The notes under the pieces were generated by a model that saw only the letters and a list, made by a program, of their open reading frames with translations, was not told the origin of the DNA and searched no databases. This document shows, in pieces, positions 20,066-28,449 of a stretch of 64,000 nt of DNA. The position numbers were made by a program, and so were the translations under genes. Origin of the DNA: an uncultured Bacilli bacterium (lineage in GTDB: Bacteria; Bacillota_I; Bacilli_A; RF39; UBA660); NCBI GenBank assembly GCA_934148535.1, contig CAKPDF010000001.1:27025-91024 (forward strand), given 5' to 3'. Every line of letters begins with the position of its first letter. Within the stretch, counting starts at the first letter, position 1.

Positions 20066-21292
20066 TTATTTTAATATATATGGGGTATCTTGAGTTCCGT
20101 TTCCTTTTATTATATAATTTTCTTCTTTTAATACTATTACTGGTCTTACTTCTAAGTTTGTAGTTGCATCATTATCTATTTTAATACTACCATCTTCTGT
20201 TATTGACATAGTGTATAGATTATTGTTTATATCGTTTAATGTCAATAATAATGTGCCTGGTTTAGTCATCCATGATGTGTTGCAAGTATTTTCTTCTTTA
20301 CAATAAAGTGTGTTTATATAATCTGTAATACTTGGTAATGAGATATTAGTTTCGAAAGTATTTGTAATAGTTATTTGTGATTCTTTGAAATTTTCTTTAT
20401 TTTCTATAGATGTTGTTTCATTATTTACTGTTTGCATATCTAATAGTGATATTGTTTCTTTTGTTAATCCTGTATTAGTGAAATTACATTCTTTTTCAAG
20501 ATTATCTTGATAGCAAGTTCCTTTTGCACTTTTATAATATAATTCATTTAATAAATTGTTTATTTTAGAGTTTTGATAATACTTTAGATTATTATCATAT
20601 TGGTAATTACCTATACTGTTTTCTTTAATTAATTTTAACTTATTGTTATATACTCCTATTATTTGCCACATTTCTTGGTTTATTATTATATGATTATTTG
20701 GATTTGCTCCGTAGTATAATAAGTTTTTATTTTTATCATAGTATAATTCAGTGCTATCTTCTGTATATAGATTAGTAATAAACTCTGCTGCAGTTTGATT
20801 TCTTATGTCTTTTCTTTCAATTTCTTCTGATACCAATATTCTATTTCCATTGATATTTAGCGATGTATCTTCTGATGTTGCTACTCCTAATTTTATTGTA
20901 GCTTTTTTTTGTGAATTATTTATTATTACTATTGTTATATTTCTTGTTTCATTATTGTTAATTATATCTACAGTTGGATATTTTGAGTCATCTAATTTAT
21001 ATGCATATATATCATTGTTATTTGTATTTATTTTTTCTATCCATACTCCATAATATAGTGATGTATTTTGACTATTTGTTAAATTTATACTTAATATTTT
21101 ATAATTATTTGGTTCTACTGTAGTTATTTGATATTCTTCTATACTAGTATCTACTGAGATAGATGTGTCTATTGATACTATATTGTTTGTATCTATTTCT
21201 GCTTCAAACATTGCATATGTGGAATATATGGCTAGACTGAATAAACTTACTACTATTAATAGCATTAAATAACTTTGTTTAAATTTACTCAT
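20066..21292 (-). CDS. secreted protein, paralogous N-domain to the downstream gene, SipW-cognate-like signal peptide
   Basis: N-terminus MSKFKQSYLMLLIVVSLFSLAIYSTYAMFEAE. Region NITIVIINNSQKKATIKLGVATS is similar to NKIVSIIINNDTDNTITVNLSVITG of the neighbour. RBS AGAGGTGGA. Confidence 0.45.
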   Translation of the reverse strand: MSKFKQSYLMLLIVVSLFSLAIYSTYAMFEAEIDTNNIVSIDTSISVDTSIEEYQITTVEPNNYKILSINLTNSQNTSLYYGVWIEKINTNNNDIYAYKLDDSKYPTVDIINNNETRNITIVIINNSQKKATIKLGVATSEDTSLNINGNRILVSEEIERKDIRNQTAAEFITNLYTEDSTELYYDKNKNLLYYGANPNNHIIINQEMWQIIGVYNNKLKLIKENSIGNYQYDNNLKYYQNSKINNLLNELYYKSAKGTCYQDNLEKECNFTNTGLTKETISLLDMQTVNNETTSIENKENFKESQITITNTFETNISLPSITDYINTLYCKEENTCNTSWMTKPGTLLLTLNDINNNLYTMSITEDGSIKIDNDATTNLEVRPVIVLKEENYIIKGNGTQDTPYILK

Positions 21293-21439
21293 TATCCACC
21301 TCTTTTCTACTCTACCTTGCTATCATAATAATAACATAATTACTACTTTTTTACAAGTAATTGATTTAATTATTTTTAAAATATTTTATGTGAATCCGCT
21401 TTATATTTGTTAGACATTTAAGCGGTACTTCTTACTTTT

Positions 21440-21476
21440 GAAAAAGAAAAAAGAAAGAAGTTATTTTCTAACTTCT
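21440..21476 (-). terminator. rho-independent terminator after the yqeY-like gene
   Basis: Minus-strand hairpin AGAAGTT-AGAAAAT-AACTTCT followed by a T-rich run. Confidence 0.5.
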
Positions 21477-21479
21477 CTG

Positions 21480-21938
21480 CTATAAATTCTCTAATTTACT
21501 TTTAATTATTTTATTAACTTCACCCATGTCGGCTTTACCTTTTAATTTTGGGCTTATTTCTTTCATTATTAATCCCATTTGTTTTTGACTAGTAGGATTA
21601 ATCTTAGAAAATGCTTCTTCAATAATTTCATTTATTTCACTTTCTGATAGTTGTTCTGGCATATATGCATTTAAAACATCTATTTCTTTTTGATTTTGTT
21701 CTGCCAAATCAGTTCTTCCAGCTTTATTAAATTCATTTATTGAATCTTTACGCATTTTTATTTGCTTCGATATAACGTCTACTACTTCTTCATCTGACAA
21801 TTCATGTTTAAGATTTATTTTTGACAATTGGATTGCTCCTTTTACCATTCTAATTACTCCTAATTTAAAATTATCTTTTTCTTTCATAGCGTTCTTTATA
21901 TCTTCATTTATTTTTTCATTTAAATTCATTATAATCAC
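21480..21938 (-). CDS. yqeY: GatB/YqeY domain protein
   Basis: Typical YqeY sequence. It sits downstream of rpsU, as in many Firmicutes. Confidence 0.8.
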   Translation of the reverse strand: MIIMNLNEKINEDIKNAMKEKDNFKLGVIRMVKGAIQLSKINLKHELSDEEVVDVISKQIKMRKDSINEFNKAGRTDLAEQNQKEIDVLNAYMPEQLSESEINEIIEEAFSKINPTSQKQMGLIMKEISPKLKGKADMGEVNKIIKSKLENL

Positions 21939-21948
21939 ACCTTTTCTT

Positions 21949-22140
21949 TTAGGATGCGTATCTTCTATTGTTTTTATGGCAATTTTGAGTATTTTTCTTT
22001 TTTTCTTCTCTTCTCTTAACTCCTGGTTTTTTGTATTCTTGTCTTGCTCTTGCAGCAGTTAGGGTTCCATCTTTTGCAACTTGTGCTTTGAATATTTTTA
22101 ATGCACCATCTAGATTGTTGTTTTTAACTATTACTGACAT
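21949..22140 (-). CDS. rpsU: 30S ribosomal protein S21
   Basis: MSVIVKNNNLDGALKIFKAQVAKDGTLTAARARQEYKKPGVKRREEKKK. Start at the internal Met, with a GAAGGGAGGG RBS. Confidence 0.85.
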   Translation of the reverse strand: MSVIVKNNNLDGALKIFKAQVAKDGTLTAARARQEYKKPGVKRREEKKKNTQNCHKNNRRYAS

Positions 22141-22171
22141 ATTTATCCCTCCCTTCTGCATTTCATATAAG

Positions 22172-22200
22172 ATTATAGCATTATTTTGTTTGGTAATCAA
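22172..22200 (-). promoter_or_regulatory. sigma-A type promoter of rpsU
   Basis: Minus strand: TTGATT, 17 nt, then TGCTATAAT (extended -10), about 30 nt upstream of the rpsU ATG. Confidence 0.6.
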
Positions 22201-22241
22201 GAGTTTTTAGGGAGAATTGTTACTTTTTGATGAAAATAGTA

Positions 22242-22406
22242 TTATATTTTACAGTAAGAGTCAGTTGTTGCTCTTCTTATTACATTACCAAGTGCTTGTC
22301 CTAAAGTAAATAGCGTTGATATTGCTTTAACTATTGCATTTATTGTCGTTGTAGATGAAGCACCTCCTTCTATATTTTTTAATTTTTCTATTGATAGTTC
22401 TTTCAT
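22242..22406 (-). CDS. double-glycine-leader bacteriocin-like prepeptide (54 aa)
   Basis: Not in the ORF track. MKELSIEKLKNIEGG|ASSTTTINAIVKAISTLFTLGQALGNVIRRATTDSYCKI. It has a 15-aa GG leader, a GxxxG motif in the mature part, and an AAAGGAAGAAAAGGT RBS. Confidence 0.6.
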   Translation of the reverse strand: MKELSIEKLKNIEGGASSTTTINAIVKAISTLFTLGQALGNVIRRATTDSYCKI

Positions 22407-22424
22407 ACCTTTTCTTCCTTTCGT

Positions 22425-22565
22425 TTAACTGTTGCATTTTTTGGGGTTCACTAAGCCGTCTACTACTCCTATTAAGAATGAGATAGCTCCTGTTGCAATT
22501 GTTACTACTAACCAATTTACTCCTCCTTCTATTTTTTTCATTTCTTTTTTATTTAATTTTTTCAT
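22425..22565 (-). CDS. double-glycine-leader bacteriocin-like prepeptide (46 aa)
   Basis: Not in the ORF track. MKKLNKKEMKKIEGG|VNWLVVTIATGAISFLIGVVDGLVNPKKCNS. It has a GG leader, a GxxxG motif (GVVDG), and a GAAGGGGAG RBS. An alternative in-frame start gives a 7-aa leader MKKIEGG. Confidence 0.55.
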   Translation of the reverse strand: MKKLNKKEMKKIEGGVNWLVVTIATGAISFLIGVVDGLVNPKKCNS

Positions 22566-22630
22566 ATCTCCCCTTCTTTCAGACATTATCTTAATAATAT
22601 TTACATTTTGCTTAGAAATATCTATATTAA

Positions 22631-24709
22631 TTAATAATAATTTTTCTTTTTTAGATTTTCTATTATTCTTCCATCTTCAATTTTAATAACTTGATTATAT
22701 AAATCCATATTTTCTGTTCTATGTGATGTTACTATTATGGTTTTATTAGGATATTTATTAAAAATATTTTTTAATATTCTTCTTTCTAGGTTGATATCCA
22801 TTTCATTTAATCCTTCATCTATGATCAAAATATTTGATGGTTTTAGCAATGATCTTGCTAAAATTATTTTTTGTTTTTGTCCTCCTGAAATGTTTGCTCC
22901 ATTTTCTTCAATAAGCGTATCATATCCTAAGTATAATTCAGATACAATATCATTTACGTAAGTTAATTTGCAAATTTCATTAAAATCTTTACTGTTAATA
23001 TTTCTATTTAGTATTATGTTGTTTTTTATTGTATCTGTATATATAATTTCATTTTGAGAAATATATGTTATTTCTTTTCTAATATTACTAATTGGAATTT
23101 TATTTAAGTCATGATTCCCATATGTAATACAATTGTCTTTTATTTTATAATATTTACATAATATTTTTAATAATGTACTTTTACCAGAGCCAGTTGAACC
23201 TAAAACAAGTACTTTGGAATTATTTGTAATAGTTAAGTTTAAGTTGTTTAATACTTTTTTATTGGGATAGTTAAAAGATAAATTTTTTATTACTATATTT
23301 CCATTAATACTAATTTTATCTTCTTTTGTTAAATTTTCTGTTTCTACTTCAAATATGTTATTGGCTCTTTTTAGAGCATTTATTGCATAGTAATAATTTT
23401 TATTCAGATCAATTATATTTTTTATAGGATTTATAAAATATACCAAAAGTGCATTAAATGTTATTATCTTTTCTAGTTTTATTTGATTGTTTTGTAACAT
23501 TAGAAAGCCAATATAATTAATTATTATTATTCCTAATGCTGTTATAAATTCTTTTAAAAATAATTCAATATTATTCAAGTTTTCCGTTTCTGTGACAATT
23601 TTTGTTAATTTATTATATTTTTTTTGAAATATTTTATATCTATTACTTTCCAAATTTAATCCTTTAATTGTTTCAAATCCTGAAATTGATTCTACTAAGT
23701 AAGAGTTAACTTTAGAATTTTGTTCTTGAACTAGATTTATTCTTTTCTTTGCTAGTGGTTTAAATATATTGAAAATTACAATGTAGTTCAAAATAATTAT
23801 TATTAAAATTATAAACATTTTGGAACTAGTATTATATAATATTATTCCAGATGATATAGAAATAATTGCATCTAATAGTACAGTGAGTATTATTTGATTT
23901 AACATTATTTTTATATATGTTAAATCATTAATTCTTGATAAAATATCACCAGTTGTTTTATTTTTATAATAATTATAAGGAAGTAAAAGTGTTTTTTGGA
24001 AAGCTTTTGTTATTAGAGAGCAATCTATTTTTTGATCTAATTTTATTACTAATCTATTTCTTATGTAATTTGATAAGCATTTTATTGTAATTATTATTGT
24101 AAATATTAAGGTTATGACTTTTAAATTTTTGGCATTTATTCCATATTTTATTAAAATTTCTAAATAATAAGCATATATACAAGAAACAGCAGTAAATATT
24201 ATTGAAAATATTATGATATTTATAACAAAGATTTTATTTGATTTTATTATTTTCAATATTACTTGATTCAAGTAATTTGGTACTTTTATATTTGGTAATT
24301 TTCGATATGGACTAAATTCCATTATATTTCCAGTCCAAATTTTTATGAAATCTTTTATACTTAGATTTAATCTGCCTATAGATGGGTCCATTATTTCTAC
24401 TTTTTTATTTGATATTCTGTATATTACTACAAAATGCAATAAGCCATCATTATCTGTCTGACATAATAATGGAGGACTTAGATTATTTATGTCTTCTATT
24501 TTTGATAGATAATATGCTTTTGTAGATAACCCTATTCTATTTGCTGCTACACTAATATTATAAAAATTAGTACCATTAATAGTTGTAGATGTCATTTTTT
24601 CTAATTCATTTAATGGATAATTTCCTTTATGGTATTTTATTATTGATAATAAGCATGCAGCTCCGCAGCTTTTATTATTTGTTTGCAATACAATTAAATT
24701 TTTTTTCAT
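22631..24709 (-). CDS. bacteriocin/peptide ABC exporter with an N-terminal C39 peptidase domain (LagD/ComA/SunT family)
   Basis: C39 motifs QTNNKSCGAACLLSII and LLHFVVIY, a six-TM ABC exporter domain, Walker A GSTGSGKST, and signature LSGGQKQKIILARSL. RBS GAGGAGG. Confidence 0.9.
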   Translation of the reverse strand: MKKNLIVLQTNNKSCGAACLLSIIKYHKGNYPLNELEKMTSTTINGTNFYNISVAANRIGLSTKAYYLSKIEDINNLSPPLLCQTDNDGLLHFVVIYRISNKKVEIMDPSIGRLNLSIKDFIKIWTGNIMEFSPYRKLPNIKVPNYLNQVILKIIKSNKIFVINIIIFSIIFTAVSCIYAYYLEILIKYGINAKNLKVITLIFTIIITIKCLSNYIRNRLVIKLDQKIDCSLITKAFQKTLLLPYNYYKNKTTGDILSRINDLTYIKIMLNQIILTVLLDAIISISSGIILYNTSSKMFIILIIIILNYIVIFNIFKPLAKKRINLVQEQNSKVNSYLVESISGFETIKGLNLESNRYKIFQKKYNKLTKIVTETENLNNIELFLKEFITALGIIIINYIGFLMLQNNQIKLEKIITFNALLVYFINPIKNIIDLNKNYYYAINALKRANNIFEVETENLTKEDKISINGNIVIKNLSFNYPNKKVLNNLNLTITNNSKVLVLGSTGSGKSTLLKILCKYYKIKDNCITYGNHDLNKIPISNIRKEITYISQNEIIYTDTIKNNIILNRNINSKDFNEICKLTYVNDIVSELYLGYDTLIEENGANISGGQKQKIILARSLLKPSNILIIDEGLNEMDINLERRILKNIFNKYPNKTIIVTSHRTENMDLYNQVIKIEDGRIIENLKKKNYY

Positions 24710-24803
24710 CCTTTTACCTCCTCTATACTTATTATTCTACGCGCAGAGGCAAAAACCCTTTTAATTTTGAAAAAAAGTTTGATTTTTCGTATCTTTTTAG
24801 TTA

Positions 24804-24835
24804 ACAAAAAGATAGCCGGTTTATTTTGACTATCT
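24804..24835 (-). terminator. terminator after tRNA-Thr
   Basis: Minus-strand hairpin AGATAG-(14 nt)-CTATCT followed by TTTTTG. Confidence 0.45.
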
Positions 24836-24850
24836 TAACATTAGTATATA

Positions 24851-24926
24851 TGGTGCCGAAAGCAGGATTTGAACCCGCGACCTACGCGTTACGAGTGCGT
24901 TGCTCTACCAACTAAGCTATTTCGGC
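24851..24926 (-). tRNA. tRNA-Thr (anticodon CGT)
   Basis: Cloverleaf GCCGAAA...CTCGTAA (anticodon loop)...GGTTCAAATCC...TTTCGGCACCA, with encoded CCA. Confidence 0.85.
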
Positions 24927-24951
24927 AAGAAAAAGAGTTTTAATCTCTTTA

Positions 24952-25716
24952 TTAAAATTTCTCTAATAATTCTTTTGTAGCTTCGATTGCTACTTTTATT
25001 TCTCTATCTGTGTCAAAGCAGTTTTCTTGAGTTAGTCCTTTTTTTTCTCTTTCTTGATTCCATATTACTAGTAATATGGCTCCTGCATGTAATTTTAAGG
25101 TACTTGCTACTGTGAATAATGCTGAAGTTTCCATTTCACTGCAAAGTGCTCCACCTTTAATCCAAGCATTCCACTTGTTTTGTAATTCATACGATACTGG
25201 CATTCTTTCTGGACTATGTTGACCATAAAAACTATCTTTACAATGTACTACTCCTGTATGATAATTTAAATTTAATTTTTGGGTGGCATTTTTAAGTGCT
25301 ATTACTACATCTAAATCTGCTACTGCAGGAAATTCTATTGGTAAATATTCTTTGCTTGTTCCTTCTTGTCTTATAGCAGAAGTGGCAATAACTACATCAC
25401 CTGCTGATACTTCTAATTGCATTCCGCCACTTGTCCCTACTCTAATTAGATGAGTAATTCCAATTTGGGCTAACTCTTCTACACATATAGCGGTAGATGG
25501 TCCTCCCATTCCTGTAGATATTATTAATACTTTTTTATCTTTTAAATTTCCTAAATACGCTGTATATTCTCTATTTTGTGATATTTTTTTAGGATTTTCT
25601 AAGTATTTAGCAATGCTTCCTACTCTTCCAGGATCTCCTGGTAATATTGCTATTTTAGCACCTTCTATATCTTTTTTTGATAAATTTATATGATACATTT
25701 TTTCTTTATTTTCCAT
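24952..25716 (-). CDS. udp: uridine phosphorylase (PNP/UDP family)
   Basis: PNP_UDP_1 fold with ILPGDPGRV and GMGGPS motifs. Confidence 0.7.
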   Translation of the reverse strand: MENKEKMYHINLSKKDIEGAKIAILPGDPGRVGSIAKYLENPKKISQNREYTAYLGNLKDKKVLIISTGMGGPSTAICVEELAQIGITHLIRVGTSGGMQLEVSAGDVVIATSAIRQEGTSKEYLPIEFPAVADLDVVIALKNATQKLNLNYHTGVVHCKDSFYGQHSPERMPVSYELQNKWNAWIKGGALCSEMETSALFTVASTLKLHAGAILLVIWNQEREKKGLTQENCFDTDREIKVAIEATKELLEKF

Positions 25717-25810
25717 TTTATCTCCTCTTATTCTTTACGTTTTAAGTATAGCAAATATATTTTATTTAGTAAATACTTAATTTGAAAGATAATTGAAATT
25801 AATTTTAATA

Positions 25811-26590
25811 TTATAAACTTTTCTTATAATCATCTATTAATTCATATGCTTTTTTATAATTTATGGAATTATATTTTTGTGTCTTTTTTAGAGGACCAAT
25901 TAACCCTGGAAAGCTGTATTTCATATACTTATTGTGAAACTCTTTTTCCATTATCTTTTCCAGATTGAAGAAAAATTCTGAAGCATCAGGTGATACTGCA
26001 TCTAATATTTCTTCTATTTCACGATGACTTTTTGAGAATGCTATTTTATTCATAACATTTTCTCCAAATATTTTTTCTAATTCATATGCTATTTTTGTTT
26101 CTTTTGGGTAACCACATGAGGAAGTTAATAAATTATATTTTTTTGCTAACTGTCTTGTTTTTAATTCGTTTATTCCTTCCCTAATTGCAGTAGCTCCTCC
26201 GCTTCCGCAAAAATGCATAGTTTCATGAAGTAAAATTTCTTTATAGTATTCTTCTCCTGTTAAACCTTTTAAGAATACATGTTTTAAATAAGTTATGTAA
26301 GTATTATTGTTTATTATTATATTATCTTTCGTACAAGTTTTATGATTTTTCATTATGCCAAAACCTGGTATTTTTTTTATTTTGTTTAATACGTTGAGTG
26401 CATCTTTAGGAAAATAAAAATTTTTATTACTTACAAATAAGGATATTGTTCCCATTTCTTTTATATGCACTATTTTTTGTAAATCATAGTTTTTGGGAAT
26501 ATCAACAAGATTGGGATATTCTTTTTTGATAATTTTAATTAATTTTTCTATTTCAATAATTAAATTATTTTTTATATTATCTAAGTCCAT
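25811..26590 (-). CDS. hypothetical protein with an HExxH motif
   Basis: LLHETMHFCGSGG suggests a zinc metallopeptidase-like site. No family assigned. Confidence 0.3.
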   Translation of the reverse strand: MDLDNIKNNLIIEIEKLIKIIKKEYPNLVDIPKNYDLQKIVHIKEMGTISLFVSNKNFYFPKDALNVLNKIKKIPGFGIMKNHKTCTKDNIIINNNTYITYLKHVFLKGLTGEEYYKEILLHETMHFCGSGGATAIREGINELKTRQLAKKYNLLTSSCGYPKETKIAYELEKIFGENVMNKIAFSKSHREIEEILDAVSPDASEFFFNLEKIMEKEFHNKYMKYSFPGLIGPLKKTQKYNSINYKKAYELIDDYKKSL

Positions 26591-26943
26591 TAAATCAACT
26601 CCTCAAAACACCATTTCGGTTATAAATAATATTTTTAAATATTTATTTTTTATATTATTATAGACTAAATATATTAAGTATCCATAAAAAGCCATGCTAA
26701 CCATTGAATGTCCAGATGGAAAACTGTATCTAATTTCATTATTTTATGATTAAATATATCTTCTGCTAAGGCTAAAATTAATATTAAACATATGAGTAAA
26801 TTATCCATTTTAAATATTTTGAAATTATTTTTGTTATTTCTTCAATTTCTAATAAATTCTAAAACTATTTTATCATATTTTTTATAACATTTCAAAAGAA
26901 TATAATTAAATAAAAAAACAATCATTTAGATTGAATTTTTATT

Positions 26944-27720
26944 TTAATTTTTAGCAAAATTATTATCTAAATTATAAGTTATAATTTCTTTAAATAGTTC
27001 ATTAATATTTTCTTTAGAAATTTTAAATATTAATCCTTTATTCCTTTGTCTTCCTTTTTCACTACCACTTCTTGAAACTCTACCTACTAATGAAATATCA
27101 ATAATATTTTTTTCTATTAACTCTATAAACTTTTCTGCAGAAATCAATTCATATATTGAAATTTTATAATATCTAAAGTAATCTTTTTTATCAATTATTT
27201 TTTTGCTGGCATAAACAATTGCTAGGCTAGAAAGTTTTGTTTGTAAATGTGTTTTTATGCTATAAAAATCAATATATACACTATTTTCAAGTAAAGTTCC
27301 TGTTATGTCATATATAAACAAAAACATCTTTTCTTGATTATAATCTAATTTTAATTCAAAAAAATATTTGTTATTAACTAATACTTTTTCATTAACTCTC
27401 AAGTTTGCATTTAGTAACTTCTTATCATGATACACTCCATCGTTTTTACCATATTTTTCTAATATTCTATTCATTTCATATAGGAGCGGGCCATCAAAAC
27501 TTTTTGAGAATAAACTTATTGGATATCTGCTATATCTAGTAGTGCATTTTATTTCTGTTCCATAGTAGTCTGGAAAGAACATGCTGTCTGCTTTTTTATC
27601 TAATAATTTTTCAAATGTAAGTCCAACTCCTCCTGTGTCGTTACAGACTGATTCATTCCATCCTTTTTTATTGATGGAAATAAAATTATTTATCAATTTA
27701 TCATATTTTGTATTTTTCAT
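26944..27720 (-). CDS. putative type II restriction endonuclease, MvaI/BcnI-like family
   Basis: N-terminus KGWNESVCNDTGGVGLTFEKLLDKKADSMFFPDYYGTEIKCTTRYSRYPISLFSKSFDGP resembles the BcnI/MvaI N-terminal catalytic region (GGVG..E...PD..G.ELK...R...P.LF). No adjacent methyltransferase. Confidence 0.4.
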   Translation of the reverse strand: MKNTKYDKLINNFISINKKGWNESVCNDTGGVGLTFEKLLDKKADSMFFPDYYGTEIKCTTRYSRYPISLFSKSFDGPLLYEMNRILEKYGKNDGVYHDKKLLNANLRVNEKVLVNNKYFFELKLDYNQEKMFLFIYDITGTLLENSVYIDFYSIKTHLQTKLSSLAIVYASKKIIDKKDYFRYYKISIYELISAEKFIELIEKNIIDISLVGRVSRSGSEKGRQRNKGLIFKISKENINELFKEIITYNLDNNFAKN

Positions 27721-27892
27721 TAAAACCTCCTTACATAACTTATATTACAATATTTATCTATATTTTGGCAATAATTTCTGAATAAAATAGTATTTTTCTT
27801 GATAGTAAAAGTTTATCGGCTCATAAATGGCGGTAAATAGGTTCTTAATAACAAAAAAAATCCAATTTATTGGATTTTATAAGACACTAATA

Positions 27893-27976
27893 TGGTGCGA
27901 GTGAAGGGACTTGAACCCCCACGGATAAACCACTAGATCCTAAGTCTAGCGCGTCTGCCAATTTCGCCACACTCGC
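27893..27976 (-). tRNA. tRNA-Leu (anticodon TAG)
   Basis: 84-nt class II tRNA with a long variable arm, anticodon loop CTTAGGA, and 3' CACTCGCACCA. Confidence 0.85.
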
Positions 27977-27982
27977 ACATTA

Positions 27983-28059
27983 TGGTGGACCCTATAGGAC
28001 TCGAACCTATGACCGCCCGGTTATGAGCCGGATGCTCTAACCAACTGAGCTAAGGGTCC
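27983..28059 (-). tRNA. tRNA-Met (anticodon CAT; elongator or Ile2-lysidine type)
   Basis: GGACCCTTAGCTCAGTTGGTTAGAGC...CTCATAA...GGTTCGAGTCC...GGGTCCACCA. G1-C72 pairing, so not initiator-like. Confidence 0.8.
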
Positions 28060-28153
28060 ATCAACAAATATAATAATATCACATTATTATATTTTTGACA
28101 ATATTATTTTTGTGATTTTTTCAAAAAAATCAATTTTTTTATCTTAGAGTTAA

Positions 28154-28447
28154 TTATGCTCTAGTTTCATAAACACTAACTTGTTTTCTATCTTTTCCTA
28201 AGTGTTCATATTTTACATATCCAGACATTGTTGCATATAATGTGTCGTCTGTTCCTCTTCCAACATTTTTACCTGGATGAATTTTAGTTCCTCTTTGACG
28301 ATAAATAATAGAACCTGCATTTACAAATTCACCATCAGCAGCCTTTGCTCCTAATCTTCTACCAGCTGAATCTCTTCCGTTACTTGTTGAAGATTGTCCT
28401 TTTTTATGAGCAAATAGTTGGATATTAAATTCTAAAAATTTAACCAT
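28154..28447 (-). CDS. rpmA: 50S ribosomal protein L27 with a cleavable N-terminal propeptide
   Basis: [12 protein letters not shown]|AHKKGQSS.. shows the Firmicutes-type N-terminal extension removed by Prp. Confidence 0.95.
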   Translation of the reverse strand: MVKFLEFNIQLFAHKKGQSSTSNGRDSAGRRLGAKAADGEFVNAGSIIYRQRGTKIHPGKNVGRGTDDTLYATMSGYVKYEHLGKDRKQVSVYETRA

Positions 28448-28449
28448 TA

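Noticed and set aside
22327-22686. Track ORFs 22327..22515 (-) and 22432..22686 (+) in the gap between rpsU and the ABC exporter
   Set aside because: They have low-complexity Lys/Arg- or Phe-rich translations and no RBS. They overlap the two well-formed GG-leader peptide genes found in another frame, which explain the region better.
26674-26808. 44-aa minus-strand ORF (MDNLLICLILILALAEDIFNHKIMKLDTVFHLDIQWLAWLFMDT) in the 350-bp gap upstream of the REase-like gene
   Set aside because: No Shine-Dalgarno sequence and no recognisable family. It could be a gene fragment, and it is too weak to call.
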